DNA of 64,000 nucleotides from Mobula hypostoma (lineage: Eukaryota). The stretch lies in NCBI RefSeq assembly GCF_963921235.1, contig NC_086097.1, positions 101,000,001 to 101,064,000 on the forward strand, read 5' to 3'. The notes under the pieces are model-generated. The model was not told the DNA's origin and did no database searches. It saw only the letters and a program-made list of their open reading frames with translations. Every line of letters begins with the position of its first letter. Position 1 is the first letter of the stretch. A program made the translations under genes and the position numbers. Of the stretch, positions 1-12,875 are shown piece by piece.

Positions 1-597
1 ATAATTATTGTATTTTACATGTCACAACCTCCTGGAGTATTATTGAAAAGTGGGACTAGGTTATTCTTTTTGATTGGCACATACGTGTCTTTTTCTGTTG
101 TAAATTGCTCCTAATTCCATTCTCTTCTCTCCAAACTCATGCACCATATACACTACATAATCCTCTTCCCAAATGAGAAATAAACTTGCGAATCGCAAGC
201 GATCATGGAAGAAAGGTCAATTGTAATGTCGTAAGCCTCATGAACAATATGCAGGTCAGCCCTTCAGGAGTATTCACCTTTAGCTGATCATACTAAGAAC
301 TGTACAGGCAAAACTTGGGCACTCTGCTTTATATCAATGTAAGAACACAAGAAAACATTCAATATGAAATACTAAACTTGAGTGACTTCAGTCAGTCAGC
401 AGCTGGAGCTGTGTGCACAAAAGCATAATGACAGTATTGCGAGTTATACAGCAAGGACACACCAAGTCTTCGCTGACCTGCTCATTTACACATCTTACGT
501 TAATCCACATTTTTATTTTCCCCACGTTCCCATCAACTCCCCCCAGATTCGACCACTAGGGGTGACTGGCAGTGGCCAATTAACCAGCCTGCATTTG

Positions 598-1126
598 ACC
601 GAGTCACCAACAACAAGGTCCTGGCCCGCGCCCAGATACCCAGCCTCTTCACCCTGCTCCAACAACGCCATCTCCACCGGCTGGGCCACGTACACCACAT
701 GTCAGACGGGAGGATCCCGAAAGACCTGCTGTACGGGGAACTGGCCTCCGGCAAGAGAGCACAAGGGCGGCCTCATCTTCGTTTCAAAGACATTTGCAAG
801 AGAGACATGAAGTCACTGAGAATGGATACGAAGAGGTGGGAGGACATCGCAAGCGATCGCTCTCACTGGAGGTTGGAACTACGCAGAGGTCTAAAAAGAG
901 GAGAAGAGAAGCTGAGGCTTGCTGCTGAAGAAAAGCGCACTCGTCGGAAAAACAGCACCAAGTCGACACTGGAGGACAGCGCCTTCAAGTGCAGTCGCTG
1001 CAGCCGAGACTGTCACTCCCATGTGGGACTCTACAGCCACAACAGACGCTGCTCTAACACAGACTGAAGCAAGACTTTCCAAGCGCAGATCCATGGTCTC
1101 GCGAGACTAACGGATGCCACCACTAC
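598..1126 (+). mobile_element. 5'-truncated RTE-clade LINE 3' end, inserted into an older SINE-like remnant
   Basis: Open frame ...LGHVHHMSDGRIPKDLLYGELASGKRAQGRP...FKCSRCSRDCHSHVGLYSH, an RTE C-terminus with a C2H2-like tail. CATTTG is repeated at 592-597 and 1127-1132. Confidence 0.85.
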
Positions 1127-1669
1127 CATTTGGATGTGGGAGGAAACCACGACACCATGTACAAACTCAAGTGGTCACAGGAAGAACATGCAAACTTCAC
1201 ACAGGACAGCAATATTATTATAAATTACGTGTTTATTGATAAAGACAGATGACAATTTTGCCAACATTTGCTAAAGTATAAAGAATTTCATATCAAAAAA
1301 TTATTGATCAACTAAATAGGTGTCAAATTATTTCTCCATGATGGTGAGATAGTAATGATGGGACATAAATTTAAGGTGATCTGAAAGTATGGAAAGTCTC
1401 TCTATTGTGGTTAATAATAGAAGCTTCTGTCACAAAAGTTACAAGAAATTAATTAGACTAAAAGACTGCTGTGGAATACAAAGTTAACACATAATTTGTT
1501 CTGGCCTGCTGCATGTTCCATTCCCCACTTCCCACCTCCAAACCTAGACATTATTCATCTTTCCATAAAATAATTTAATCACACATCCTCCACTAAGCAT
1601 TCATTTCTGCCAGACATCCTTATTCTTAACTGCAATCTTTAAGGAGACTACAAAATGTATGGATTTAAC

Positions 1670-2960
1670 AGAACAAGCTGCAGGAACTCAGCCGGTCACA
1701 CAGCATCTATGGAAGGAAAGGGGTAGGTGATATTTTGGGACAAAACTCTGAAGCAGGACTGGAAAGAGGGGAGAAGCCAAGATAAGAGAGAAAAAGAGGA
1801 GCACAAGCTGGTAGATCCAAGTGACAGAAGAAGATGGGCAGGTGGGGAGTAGGGGAGTGGAAGAGTTGGAATAATGTAGGAAGCTGGGAAGTGATAAAGG
1901 GCTGAAGAAGTTGAAAGGAGAGGACAGCCGACCATGGAAGTAAAGGGAAAATAGTGAGGAGGAGAATGGATGGGAGGAAGGTGTGGGTGATGGCCAGACA
2001 GAGAAAGCAGGAGAAGGGAAAGAGAAGGAGTGATGGGGCTGGTGGGATAAGGGAAAACAAAGGGGGGGGGGGAACAGAAGGGAGCGGTTACCAGAACTCA
2101 AAGAAATTAATGTTCATGTGTCAGGTTGGAGACAACCAAGGCAGAATATGAAGTGTTATTCTTCTAATCTTTGTCTCGTATTAACATAGCAGTAGAGGGG
2201 ATCAGGAACAGACATAATAGTTTGGAAATGGGAAATGCAATTTAAATAGCTGCCCACCAGGAGATCCAGGCTGTCATAGCAGAGTGAAGGTTCTCCACAT
2301 AACGATGCCCCAATCAGCACCAGGTCTCACCAATGTACAGGAAGCATCAAGTGCAATAAAAGACACTGATGGATACAGATGTGAAGGACTGCCTCACCTG
2401 GAAGGACAGGTTAGGGCCTTGAATAGTGATAGAGGTGGTGCAAGGACAGGTGTAACACTTAGTGCAGTCGCAGGAATAGGTGGGGGTGGGTGGCTGGTGG
2501 GCGGGAAGTATGAGGGTAGGATGAGCAGACAGGGAAATCATGAAGACAGATCCCTACAGAAAGTAGCAAGGGGAGGGGAAGGAAAGATGTGCCTAGTGCT
2601 GGGATCCTTTTGGAGATGGCAAAAGTTGTGAAGAATAATATCTTGAATGTGGAGGCTCCATTGGTTGGTGAGTACAAAATGAACCCTATTCCTGTTGTGC
2701 CTTGGTGGGGGGGGGGTAACAGGGAGGGGTGAAGATAGTGTGAGAGTAGACATGAAGGAAGTAAGAGATCTGGGTGAGGGCTGCGTCGATAGCAGCTGAT
2801 GGAGCCCCACTTTCTGAAAAAAAAGGACATCATGAATGTCCTGGAATGGAAAATCTAACGAGATAAAGGTGGCAGAGGAGAAACAGATGGAAATAGCATT
2901 CTTACAATGACAGGGTGGGAAAAGGTGTAAAGATAACTGTGAGGGCTTGGCAGGTATGTA
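1670..2960 (-). mobile_element. Degraded Penelope-like element 3' part
   Basis: Frameshifted remnants HIFPSPPLATFCRD and CTKCYTCPCTTSITIQGP match the intact copy at 13304-13856; the purine-rich terminal region is also shared. Confidence 0.8.
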
Positions 2961-3999
2961 GACGCCTTCGTGCTGGAGGAATTCAGCAGGTCAGGCAGCA
3001 TTTATGGAGGGAAATGGACACATCTAGATGTTAGAGGGTTGGAACTGGCACTGTGTGACCTGAAAACACCCAACGCATCTAATTCTAACTTTAACCACTG
3101 GGTTAAAATTGAAGTTTATGGAAAGGCAAGGAGTGAGAGATCTAATGCCTAGGAAACTTGGAAATTCAATGTTGAATTCCTTTGAATTAAATGTCTTTCC
3201 TGGCTGCCAATTGTGTTGAGAAGTTGAGAGGTGGACTCAGCCAGGCCATTGGAGAACAGGGAGTGGTTGACACCATACAGGGAGAAAAGGAGGTGAAGAA
3301 AATGCAAGGCATGAATTCAGCTCAAGAGTGGCAGATATAAGAGACAGAGACAGACAGAGAGAGAGAGAGACAAACCAAGACTCAAAGTGCAAATGCAAAG
3401 GGTACATAAGGTAGAGGAGAGAACTCCATGTACGCTGAGGTGGAAGGGAGAATACAATAACTTGCATGGGGAACAGATATGGCTCTGATTAACCAGGATT
3501 GAGTATAGAAGTGCGATGTGCTGATGTAGATGGAGAGGAGGAGAGGATATTGTGTCTGGGCAAGATATGCACAAAGATTCTTCATTGGTCAGTGCATGAA
3601 GGGCTACAGGGAGAAGGCATGAGATTGGGACTAAGAGGAAAAATTGAATCAGCCATGATGAAATAGCAGAGCAGACTCGATCGGCCAAATGGCCTAATTC
3701 TGCTCCTATATCTTATGGAAATAAGGATGTAATAGGGGAATTATGTGGTCTGCAGCCCCATTGACTCTCCAAACACATCTTCCTTAAACTTTGATTAGTG
3801 TTAATTATTATTTCTTTTGCAATTTTTTTACATTCCATTTCCTCCTTGAGCCCAACCTGCCAGGAGGTTTAACCCTTCTTATGTACCCTGTTATTACAAA
3901 TTATTTTGTATTGAATATTTTGGTACATCAAATCTTAAATGGCTGGTCTGCATGTGAATTTACTTGGGATTCAAATACAGAGTCCACAGAACTGAGGCA

Positions 4000-5480
4000 A
4001 AACAGTCATGAGGTCATGGACTGTATTCAGATTACAGAAGAGGTTGTGTTTGCTGGCAAATGATAGCAAGTCAGTCCCCAGGGCCTGGCAAGGTGTCACC
4101 TCAGACCCTGTGGGAGGTTAAGTACAGAAATTGCAAGGCTGTAGGAGAGGTATTTAAAATGTCCTTAGCCATGAATGAGGTGCCGGACGATTGGAGGACA
4201 GCTAATGCTGTTCCAGTGTTCAAGAAAGGCCCTAAGAATAAGCTGGCGAACCTGATATTGGGGTGGTTAAATTATTGGAAGCTATTCTAAGGGATAGGGT
4301 ATATAAGTATTTGGATAACAAGGCCAGATTAGGAACTTTGTGCACAAAAGTTTGCATCAAACCAATCTTGTAAAGTTTTATTTTGAGGTAGTTATCAGGA
4401 AAGACCCGCATGGGAGGCTGGTCCATAAGGTAGGCTGGAGGTTCATTTGCTTGGTATTCTGGATGAATAGCAAATTGGATTCAACACTGTCTTTGCGGGA
4501 GAAACCAGAGAGTGGTAATAGATGGTTGCTTCTCTGACTGGAGGCCTTTGACTAGTGGCATGCCTCTGGGATTGGTGCTGGGTTCGTTATTTGTTACCTA
4601 TATCAACAAACTGGATGATAAAGCAGTGAACTGGATCAGCAAATTTAAAGATGGCAGCAAGATTGGGGGCACAGTAGACATTGAGGAATGCTATCGAAGA
4701 TTTCTATAGGATCGGAACCAGCTGGAAAAATGGTAGATGGAATTTAAAGCAGACAAGTGTGAGGTGTTGTACTTGGGAGGACAAACCAGGGTAGGACTTA
4801 CACAGTGAATGGTAGGACACCAAGGAATGCTGAAGAACAAAGGGATCTGGGAATACAGGTCCATAATTCATAAGTAGATAGAGTCGTAAAGAAAGCTTTT
4901 GACACATTGGCCTTCATAAATCAGAGTATTGAGTACAAGAGGTGGGACATTATATAAAAGACATTGGTGAGACCAAATTTGGAGTATCATGTGTAGTTCT
5001 ACCTCCAGTAAAGCTATCAATAAGACTGAAGGAACACAGAAATTTTACAAAGATGTTGCCAGGGCTTGAGAACCTGAACTATAGGAAAGATTGAATAGGT
5101 TCGGAGCGTAGGAGAATGGGGGAAGATTTAATAAGGGTATGCAAAATTGTAGCAAATAGGGTAAATGCAAGCAGTCTGTTTTCATTAAGGTTGGGTGAGA
5201 CTAGCACAAGAGGTTATGCATTAAGAGTGAAAGGTGAAATGTTTAACGGGAGCCTGAGGGAGAACTTTTTCCACTCAGGAGGTGGTGCGAGTATCAAACG
5301 AGCTGTCACTGGAAGTGATAGATGCAGGTTCAATTGTAACATTCAAAAGAAGTTTAGATAAGTACATGGATGGGAGGGGCATGGAGGGCTATGTTCCAAG
5401 TCGATCAAACTAGGCAGAATAACAGTTTCCCATGAAGTAGATGGGCTGAAAGGCACATTTCTGTGCTGTAGTGTTCTATG
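4000..5480 (+). mobile_element. Degraded CR1 LINE (RT and 3' end)
   Basis: Broken motifs VPDDWRTANAVPVFKKG, WRPLTSGMPLGLVLG and WISKFKDGSKIGG, plus a CR1-like 3' UTR. Confidence 0.85.
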
Positions 5481-5576
5481 AATTCATGACCAAACAATCT
5501 GCTGTGAATTGGCAATACTTTTAAGGATTTCCATGTACAGAACCCACCAATAAAATGTTGACTTTTAGAAACCTAC

Positions 5577-5717
5577 CTTTGCCTTGTTTTCCTCCACAAC
5601 AAATCTGCGAAGCCGTTGTCCTCTTCTTATGGAGAACCTGTGACCTGCATCTGCTTCACAACCTTTAAGGTCGCTTGCTCCTCCAATCATCCGTTTCTCA
5701 CTTACCACCCTCTTTTC
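5577..5717 (-). CDS. CCDC9B: CCDC9B coding exon, 141 nt, phase 0-0: EKRVVSEKRMIGGASDLKGCEADAGHRFSIRRGQRLRRFVVEENKAK
   Basis: Acceptor ttgcag and donor gtaggt. It starts EKRVVS and ends ENKAK, like recalled human CCDC9B EKRVVS...MENKAE, which favours CCDC9B over CCDC9. Downstream exons are probably beyond position 1. Confidence 0.85.
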
Positions 5718-6218
5718 CTGCAAGTTCCAATTGATTCAAATCAATCAAATCACATACTGTAGCTTGGAATAAAAGACGATGCTGTGTTATAACATTAGTT
5801 TTCATTTAAATGCAAACCAGGGGTAACCTTTCAATAGACTCAGCAGCAACATATGCACATATAAAAAAAGAGTACAAGAAAAATTAGGGAAGAGAATGAA
5901 ACTGGATGTGAAAACGGGTACTTGATGGTCAGCACAAACACAAGAAAATCTACAGATGCTGGAAATCCAAGCAATACACACAAAAAGCTGGAGGAACTCA
6001 GCTGGAGTTTTTTGTGTGTGTGTCACTTGATAGTCAACATGGTCTAAGTGGGGCAAAGGACCTGTTTCTTTGTTGTATAACCATTACTATAATTGAATTG
6101 AAGTCATTGCCTTTATACTGTACATATTTTGCTAAGTATCATGAAAAATCAGACTTTAATTTTCCCATCTTCTTTCCATAAACAACCTTCAGAACCCATT
6201 GCGATACCTCATTGTGGG

Positions 6219-6507
6219 GTGGCACAGTAACATAGTGGTTAGCACAACACTCAAAAGTACAGTACCAGTGATCCAGATTCAATTCCTCCGCTGCCTGTAA
6301 GGAATCTGTATACTCTCCCTGTGACTGCGTGGGTTTCCTCCAAGTGCTCCGGTTTCACCCCACAGTCCAAAGATGTAGCAGTTGGTTGGTTAAGTGGTCA
6401 TTGTAAACTGTTCTGTGATTAGGCTAGCATTAAATAAAGGAACTTCAGGACGGCACAGCTTGAAGGGCTGGAAGGGCCTATTCTGTGTGGTATCTCAATA
6501 AAATAAA
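6219..6507 (+). mobile_element. tRNA-derived SINE (V-SINE/HE1-like)
   Basis: A-box-like tagtggttagca, B-box-like gattcaattcc, central gcgtgggtttcctcc...ccacagtccaaaga and an A-rich tail. Confidence 0.75.
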
Positions 6508-7291
6508 TACCTATTTGATTCTAGTGCAAACATGCTTGGAAATAGCTTCATTTCCTACCTCTATACTAGTGTTTTCTGAGCTTTCAGCTTGATAGCAAAA
6601 TCAAATGTTTTTAGATTACCCTAGGTTGAATTCAACTTCCACTTCATTACACCACACTGCCTCTGCCTGGTTGTTCTTTAATCAACCATTGATTCAGCTA
6701 ATTTTTGGCATAAGCAAATCTTAGTTTATTAAGATGCAAATACAATTTGGTCATGTGGTTGACAGCCTGGATGAGAGCTTCAGACTACAGGAAGTCAAAA
6801 AAATTGGACACAAAAAAAAGAGGCAAATGGAATTTTTAAGTGTAAGTTAAGGTATTTGGAAGAATAATAATATCAAAGTTAGCTGTGAGTGTGAGCCGTG
6901 AGGAGGATGCAGTAAAGTTCCAGTATGATTGTCAGAGTAGGCAAATGCATAGGTATCTCTGAGATCATCCACCTTTGTTGACGTAAACAAGGAGGTGACA
7001 AAATGGGAATAAGACAGATACAATGAGACAAAATAGAAATGCTGGAAGTTAGCCAGTCAAGTAGCATTTGCGGGAAGAAAAAGTCAATGTTTCAGGTCAG
7101 GCCCTTTCTCAGAACTGGGGTATAAAAGAATTAAAACAATTTGCTTTAGTTTCTCTAATATAAAGGAGTAACCACAATGTGAACACAAAATGCAGTAGAC
7201 TAGATTGGAAAAGCAAGTAAATCACTGGTTCGCATGACAGAGAGAACTTTTACAAGTGAACAAGGACTGGTAGGGAGTGAGAACACAAAAG

Positions 7292-7525
7292 GGGTGGTAC
7301 GGTAGCATAGTGTTTATCACAATACTTTGCAATACCAATGACCTGGGTTCAATTCCAGCCACTGACGGCAAGGAGTTTGTATGTTCGCTCCATGACCTAC
7401 CACTGCTCTGGTTTTCTACCACTGTCCAAAGATGTAATGGTTGGTAGGTTAATTAGTCATTATAAAACTGTCCTGTGATTAGGCTCGGATTAGATCAGGG
7501 CCTCCTTTACGCTGTATCTAAATAA
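7292..7525 (+). mobile_element. tRNA-derived SINE of the same family as 6219-6507, inserted in a degraded Penelope remnant (about 7030-8130, minus strand)
   Basis: ggtagcatagtg...gggttcaattcc head and a shared body with the 6219 copy. Confidence 0.7.
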
Positions 7526-9383
7526 CTAATGGATGATTGTATGGACCCTGGATGGTGGAAAGGGAAAAGTGAAGGAACAAGTGTTGCATTTCCTCTGGTT
7601 GCATGGGGTGCTACTAGAGGATAGTTAGTTATGAATGGCAATAGAAGACTGGATCAGGGAATCACAAAGAGAATAGACCCTTTAAAAACTGCAGGAATGG
7701 GAAAGAAAGAAGATGTGACTGGTGATGGGTGAATGTTGGAGCTGGCAGGAACTGCAGAGGATAATCTCTTGAATGCAAAGTCTGCTGGGATAAGTATCAG
7801 GGAAACTCTCATCTTTGTATATTGCAGGGGAGAAGGCATGAGAGCAGATGCACGGGAAATAGAGATAATGTGGTTGAGAGCTCTATACTCTATGGCAAAG
7901 GGATAGCCAGGTTTCAGGAATAAGGGGGATATTTCAAAGGTTCCATCATTGGGCCAAATGCAATGGAGAGAAAGAAACTGAGAAAAAGGAACAATGACCA
8001 AGGTGGTAAGGTAAGAAGAACTATAGGCAAATTAACTGTGGGAGCCTGTGATTTTCTAGATGTTTGCTAGTCTATCTTGAGACGGAGTAGAAAGCAGTGT
8101 TGAAATCGACAGTCAAAGTAATGATTTTTTAAAATTTCTGTATGGATGCCTTCTTGAGATACCACCTCTTTAAGATGGCCTCAGTGGTGGGGTGGATTGG
8201 ATGGAGCTAGCTGAGCCTGCAGCAACTGGTGATCCTATGCTCTGCAGCCTCCATACCAGGCTATGATGCAACCAGTCGCAATGATCTCCACTGTAAATCT
8301 GCAAGAGCATTTAGTGACATACCAAATCTCCTCAAATTTCTAATGAAGTAAACGCCCATTGAAAGAGACTCAGTAATGGTAATTCCATTCTGTTGTTGGA
8401 GACAAGAGTTTGTGGTGCAAACTTTTTTCCCTTATCAACTTATGTCTGGATGTCGTCAAGTCTCAATGCATGCAGGCGTGGCCAACCCCATTTACTGAGA
8501 ATTTGTCAATGGAAATGAACATTGTACAATCATCAGTGAACCTCAGATAAATGGAAGGTTATCAATAAAGCAGTTAAATCTGATGTGCTTTGAGGATTTC
8601 CTGGATTCTGCAGATCTGATTAACTTACAAAGTTCACAAGCATTTTACTTTATCTGGTTTACAGGTCCAACTATTAGATATCATCCAGCTGATGCCCACT
8701 GATTCCAGTTTTACAGGATTTCTTAAGGTTTCTATGGGTCAAATGTTGCCTTGATCTCAAGGGTAATCTCCCATTTCATGCTGGAATCTAGCACTTTTGC
8801 CCTTCTGTGGGCCAAGGTTGTAAAGACATCAGAAGTTAACTGACTATGATGCAACCCAAAGAGGCAACTCTGTGCATCTTATTGTGAATAAATGCTAAAT
8901 AGGTGCCACCTGACTGCAGAGTTAACAACACCTTCCCTCAGTTTGATGGCTGTGGTAACTAGGTGGATGGCATTTGTCAGGCAGACATCAGTGTTGCACT
9001 GACAACTTGGCTACATGCCCATTTTATTCTAGAATACAGGCCTTCAGCACTACAGCAGAATGTTGTCTGGTCCATTGCCTTTCACATATCCATTACTCTC
9101 AGCTGGTTCTTTCATCAAAAGAAATGAAACAGGTTGAAGTTTGATCTCTGTGATGGAGATGGCTTCAAAGGGAAGCCAGAGAGACCATGCACAGAGCATT
9201 TCTGTCTGAACATAGCAGCAGAAGCTTTGGGCTTTGCTCAAGCACTCACATGCTGGGACCCATCTTGTTGAGGATGGTGATAGCTTTAGACCTGCGTTCT
9301 CTCATTAGCTACCTCTTTGCCCATCACCATTCATGACTAGATGTAACAGGACTTTAGTCCAATCACTGATTGAGCAACATGAG

Positions 9384-9602
9384 AAAAATCTGCAGATGCG
9401 GTAATCCAAAGCAACACACGCAAAATACTGGAGGAACTTAGCAGGCCAGGCAGCATCTACGGAAAGGAATAAATAGGCGATATTTTAAGGCCAAGATCCT
9501 TCATCAGTAATGTCCTGATGAAGGGTGTTGGGCCAAAATATCAACTGTTTACTCTTTTCCATAGATGCTGTCTGGCCTGCTGAGTTCCTCCAGCATTTTG
9601 TG
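9384..9602. repeat. Palindromic Penelope-terminus remnant (arms about 9421-9507 and 9515-9600)
   Basis: ctggaggaacttagcaggccaggcagcatcta...ttcatcag is the reverse complement of ctgatgaa...tagatgctgtctggcctgctgagttcctccag. Confidence 0.8.
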
Positions 9603-9721
9603 ACTGATTGTGGAACCTCACTGCCCTGTAAGTATTTCCTGCATTCCACTCGTGCATTTTAGTGCACACTTTCACCAGGTTTTACCACTGTTAAACATAT
9701 ACAAACATTCTGGTAAGGTGA

Positions 9722-10487
9722 TTCCAGTAAGATGGTGGCCTGCTCGATCGCAGCGGCTTCTATGGAGTCAACCAAAGGTGTTATTGTCTATTTTATACAT
9801 TTTTTTTACAATTGCAAGACCCTGCTGGATATTGAGAGCTTAACGTACTGCAGGTTTACCCCAACGGCTTAAGTGGTGGCAGAGAAACTAAAGGAGCTGA
9901 ACTTGGTGTGGATCGTGCTGCTGCCTGCATCAGAGAGGCAGAGGAACTGGTCCCAAGGAAGTATGCAGTCTAACAGCGGGTGATCGTCTGAGTCACTTTT
10001 CTTGCGATCACAAGACCCTGTTGGACACCATTGGTATGGAAAGATGCAAGTCTGATTCACTGACTTATTGGCAAACAGCAGGGGCGGTTGGCGGGGGAGC
10101 TGTGTGGCCTCAGTTGTAGCAAGGTCTAGACTTCAAGCCATGGTGTCATCTGTTTACAGCCACCCAGGAGAGAGGAGTTGGAATTGGTGTGCTCCACCAG
10201 AGTGTCGGGGGCAGTGTGGCATGGTATCCAAGCTGAGTCGTCGCTGGTCTCAGTGTTCACCTACAGAAGACAAACCGTATTGTGTTCAACTGCAGACTGC
10301 TGCAACATTCATGGACTCAGGGGGTTGGACTGTATTTTTGTGTGACTGTATTTTACTGACATCTTATACAGTTTCTACCTTGCTCGGTGCTTAACTGTTG
10401 GTACTGTGTTCTGCACCTTAGCTCTGGAGTAATGCTGTTTCATTTGGCTGTCTTCATATATGGTTGAATGACAATTAAACCTGAACA
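9722..10487 (+). mobile_element. Non-coding non-autonomous retroelement-like repeat, copy 1
   Basis: It shares the start TTCCAGTAAGATGG, internal blocks and the 3' end tatggttgaat(g/a)a(c/t)aatt(a/g)aac with 41725-42500. Confidence 0.6.
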
Positions 10488-10489
10488 TT

Positions 10490-11300
10490 AATATTGGAGC
10501 AGGAGCAGGCCAATGAGACCACTGAACTTCTTCCACTATAAGATCACTGCTGATCTGCATGTAACCTCCTCTCTGTATTCAACATGTTATAACCCTTTGT
10601 CCCCTTGTTCATTGAAACACTGCTCTAAAAATATTCAGCCACTGCTTCTATCAATCATCCTTTGAGAAAAAGCTCTAAAGGCTAGTGACCCTCTAACAAT
10701 ATTTTTTTTCTTATTTGCTTAAAAGATCAACACTCTATTTCTAAACAGCAAACTGCATTTCTGGTTTTTTCCACATGAGCAATTGTTTTTCCCCTCGTAT
10801 CTACCCTCCAAAACTATTTCACAATCCAAAATATTTAAGTCATCACCTTTCACAAGCCCAACTTTCCAACCTTTCCTTAAGCAACAACTAGCCAATTCCA
10901 TCTCACAACTGCTTCTAACACATTAATGTCCTTCATTAAATGAGATCCATACTGTACACAGTACTCCAGAGGAGGCTCAAATGTTCCTGACAGAAGCATA
11001 ACCTTCTTACTTTTGAATTTAATTGGCTTACAGTAATAAGCCATAGCACTTTGTTGACTCTATTACCGGTTACACCTACACACTAGTCTTCCACAATTCA
11101 TGTACCAAGACATCCAGATGCTTCTATATGTCAGAGCTCTGTATTATATTTTTAAAAATGCTTCCCCCCCCATTTAATTGATAAAATGGACAATTTAATT
11201 TACCCCTATCATGATACTTCACTTGCCAGATCACTTTCAATCACTTAACCTACCTATAACAATTTCAATTTCTTTATGTCCTTTTCGTGAGTTATTTATT
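10490..11300 (-). mobile_element. Old, highly degraded CR1 3' fragment
   Basis: The 3' tail resembles ggagcaggagcaggcca, with scattered CR1 RT-like remnants. Confidence 0.5.
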
Positions 11301-12288
11301 TGTGTCACTCTCTCTAAGCTGCAAGTCATAATACTGAACCACTGGGATTTCTGAACAGCTGGATAGCAAATAGTGTTTTACTCTACCTTGATTTCCCCCC
11401 CCCCATGCCTTGCTTTAATAACTGTTTTCAATATTTTCCCCAGGACTCAATAAAGCTTCCACTTGAGTTTGCAAGTTCTGACAATCCAGACATTCCCAAT
11501 CCCATTCTTAATACCCCTGCTCCTCTCTGAGTGATCATGGACCGAGGATTCCCAGAAATCAGTACAGATTTACATTTTATTTTTGAAAGAAGCCTTTAGA
11601 CACTTCCTTGTCTCATATCCTCTGGTAATCCCTTCCTATGACAGAACTCAGAGTAAGGTATTTATTTTGGAAGTCTGCAGTCATATGCCTACCCAATGGA
11701 ACTGGCCATGTATTTAGTACCTTGGTGCTGGGATATTGGCCTAGCTTGCCCAGTGAATTCCAAAGATCTTGACATCATTGATGAATGTTCTAGCAATTTT
11801 GATTCACCAGACTGGTTCTATAAGTGACAAGTTTGCCATACGAGAAGAAATTAAGTAGATTAGAACTTCATTCTTTACATTTTAAAAGGATAAGAGAATA
11901 TCTCATTGAAATTTAGAGAGTTTGATAAACTAGGTGTAAAGGAGAAATAAACTCTTCTTGGGTTTCCATCTGGGTACAGGTATCAATTATAACTGATGTT
12001 TCGATGACAAACTCTGGCATCTTCTTCATCCCTGATATAATCAATACCAGCACCCAGCTGGAAGTCCAATCCTATTCATCATGTATGCCAGAAAAGCACG
12101 AGGTTTTTTTTAAAGGTGTAAGGAGCATATTTACCGTGGCTGATGAGTAGGACCCAGAGGTGAGCAAGTGAAAATAAGGACAGGGTTCTTAAGAATGAGG
12201 AACACTGTCTTAATTCAGAAGCTTTAGATTTCCCTGTCACAGACATCTGCAGAAGCAAAGTCATCATGTTCAGTCAAAGAATCAAGGG

Positions 12289-12796
12289 ATAGAAACATAG
12301 AAAATAGGTGCAGGAGTAGGCCATTCGGCCCTTCGAGCCTGCACCGCCATTCAGTATGATCATGGCCTTCCCTCCATACCCCCTGATCCCTTTAGCCACA
12401 AGGGCCATATCTAACTCCCTCTTAAATATAGCCAATGAACTGGCCTCAACTGTTTCCTGTGGCAGAGAATTCCACAGATTCACCACTCTCTATGTGAAGA
12501 AGTTTTTCCTAATCTCAGTCCTAAAAGGCTTCCCCTTTATCCTCAAACTGTGACCCCTCGTTCTGGACTTCCCCAACATTGGGAACAATCTTCCTGCATC
12601 TAGCCTGTCCAATCCCTTTAGGATTTTCTATGTTTCGGTAAGATCCCCCCTCAATCTTCTAAATTCCGACGAATATAAGCCTAGTCGATCCAGTCTTTCA
12701 TCATATGAAAGTCCTGCCATCCCAGGAATCAATCTGGTGAACCTTCTTTGTACTCCCTCTATGGCAAGGATGTCCTCCCTCAGATTAGGGGACCAT
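12289..12796 (-). mobile_element. Young CR1 LINE 3' fragment (family B)
   Basis: WSPNLREDILAIEGVQRRFTRLIPGM and a (CTATGTTT)n tail. Near-identical to 36232-36777. Confidence 0.9.
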
Positions 12797-12875
12797 GTAC
12801 TGGAATATGGCAAAGAGATGGAGTATCAGACACAATCTTGATTTGGATGAAGGGCCAGACAGACTTCTCATACTT

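Noticed and set aside
278..292. Possible 15-nt in-frame microexon (YDQLK; ttag/gtgaat) after the third CCDC9B exon
   Set aside because: The polypyrimidine tract is weak and there is no match to the expected next CCDC9B segment (GKRIVSEK-like). It is too short to support without reads.
6219..6300. tRNA gene
   Set aside because: It is a degenerate tRNA-like SINE head followed by SINE body, with no complete cloverleaf.
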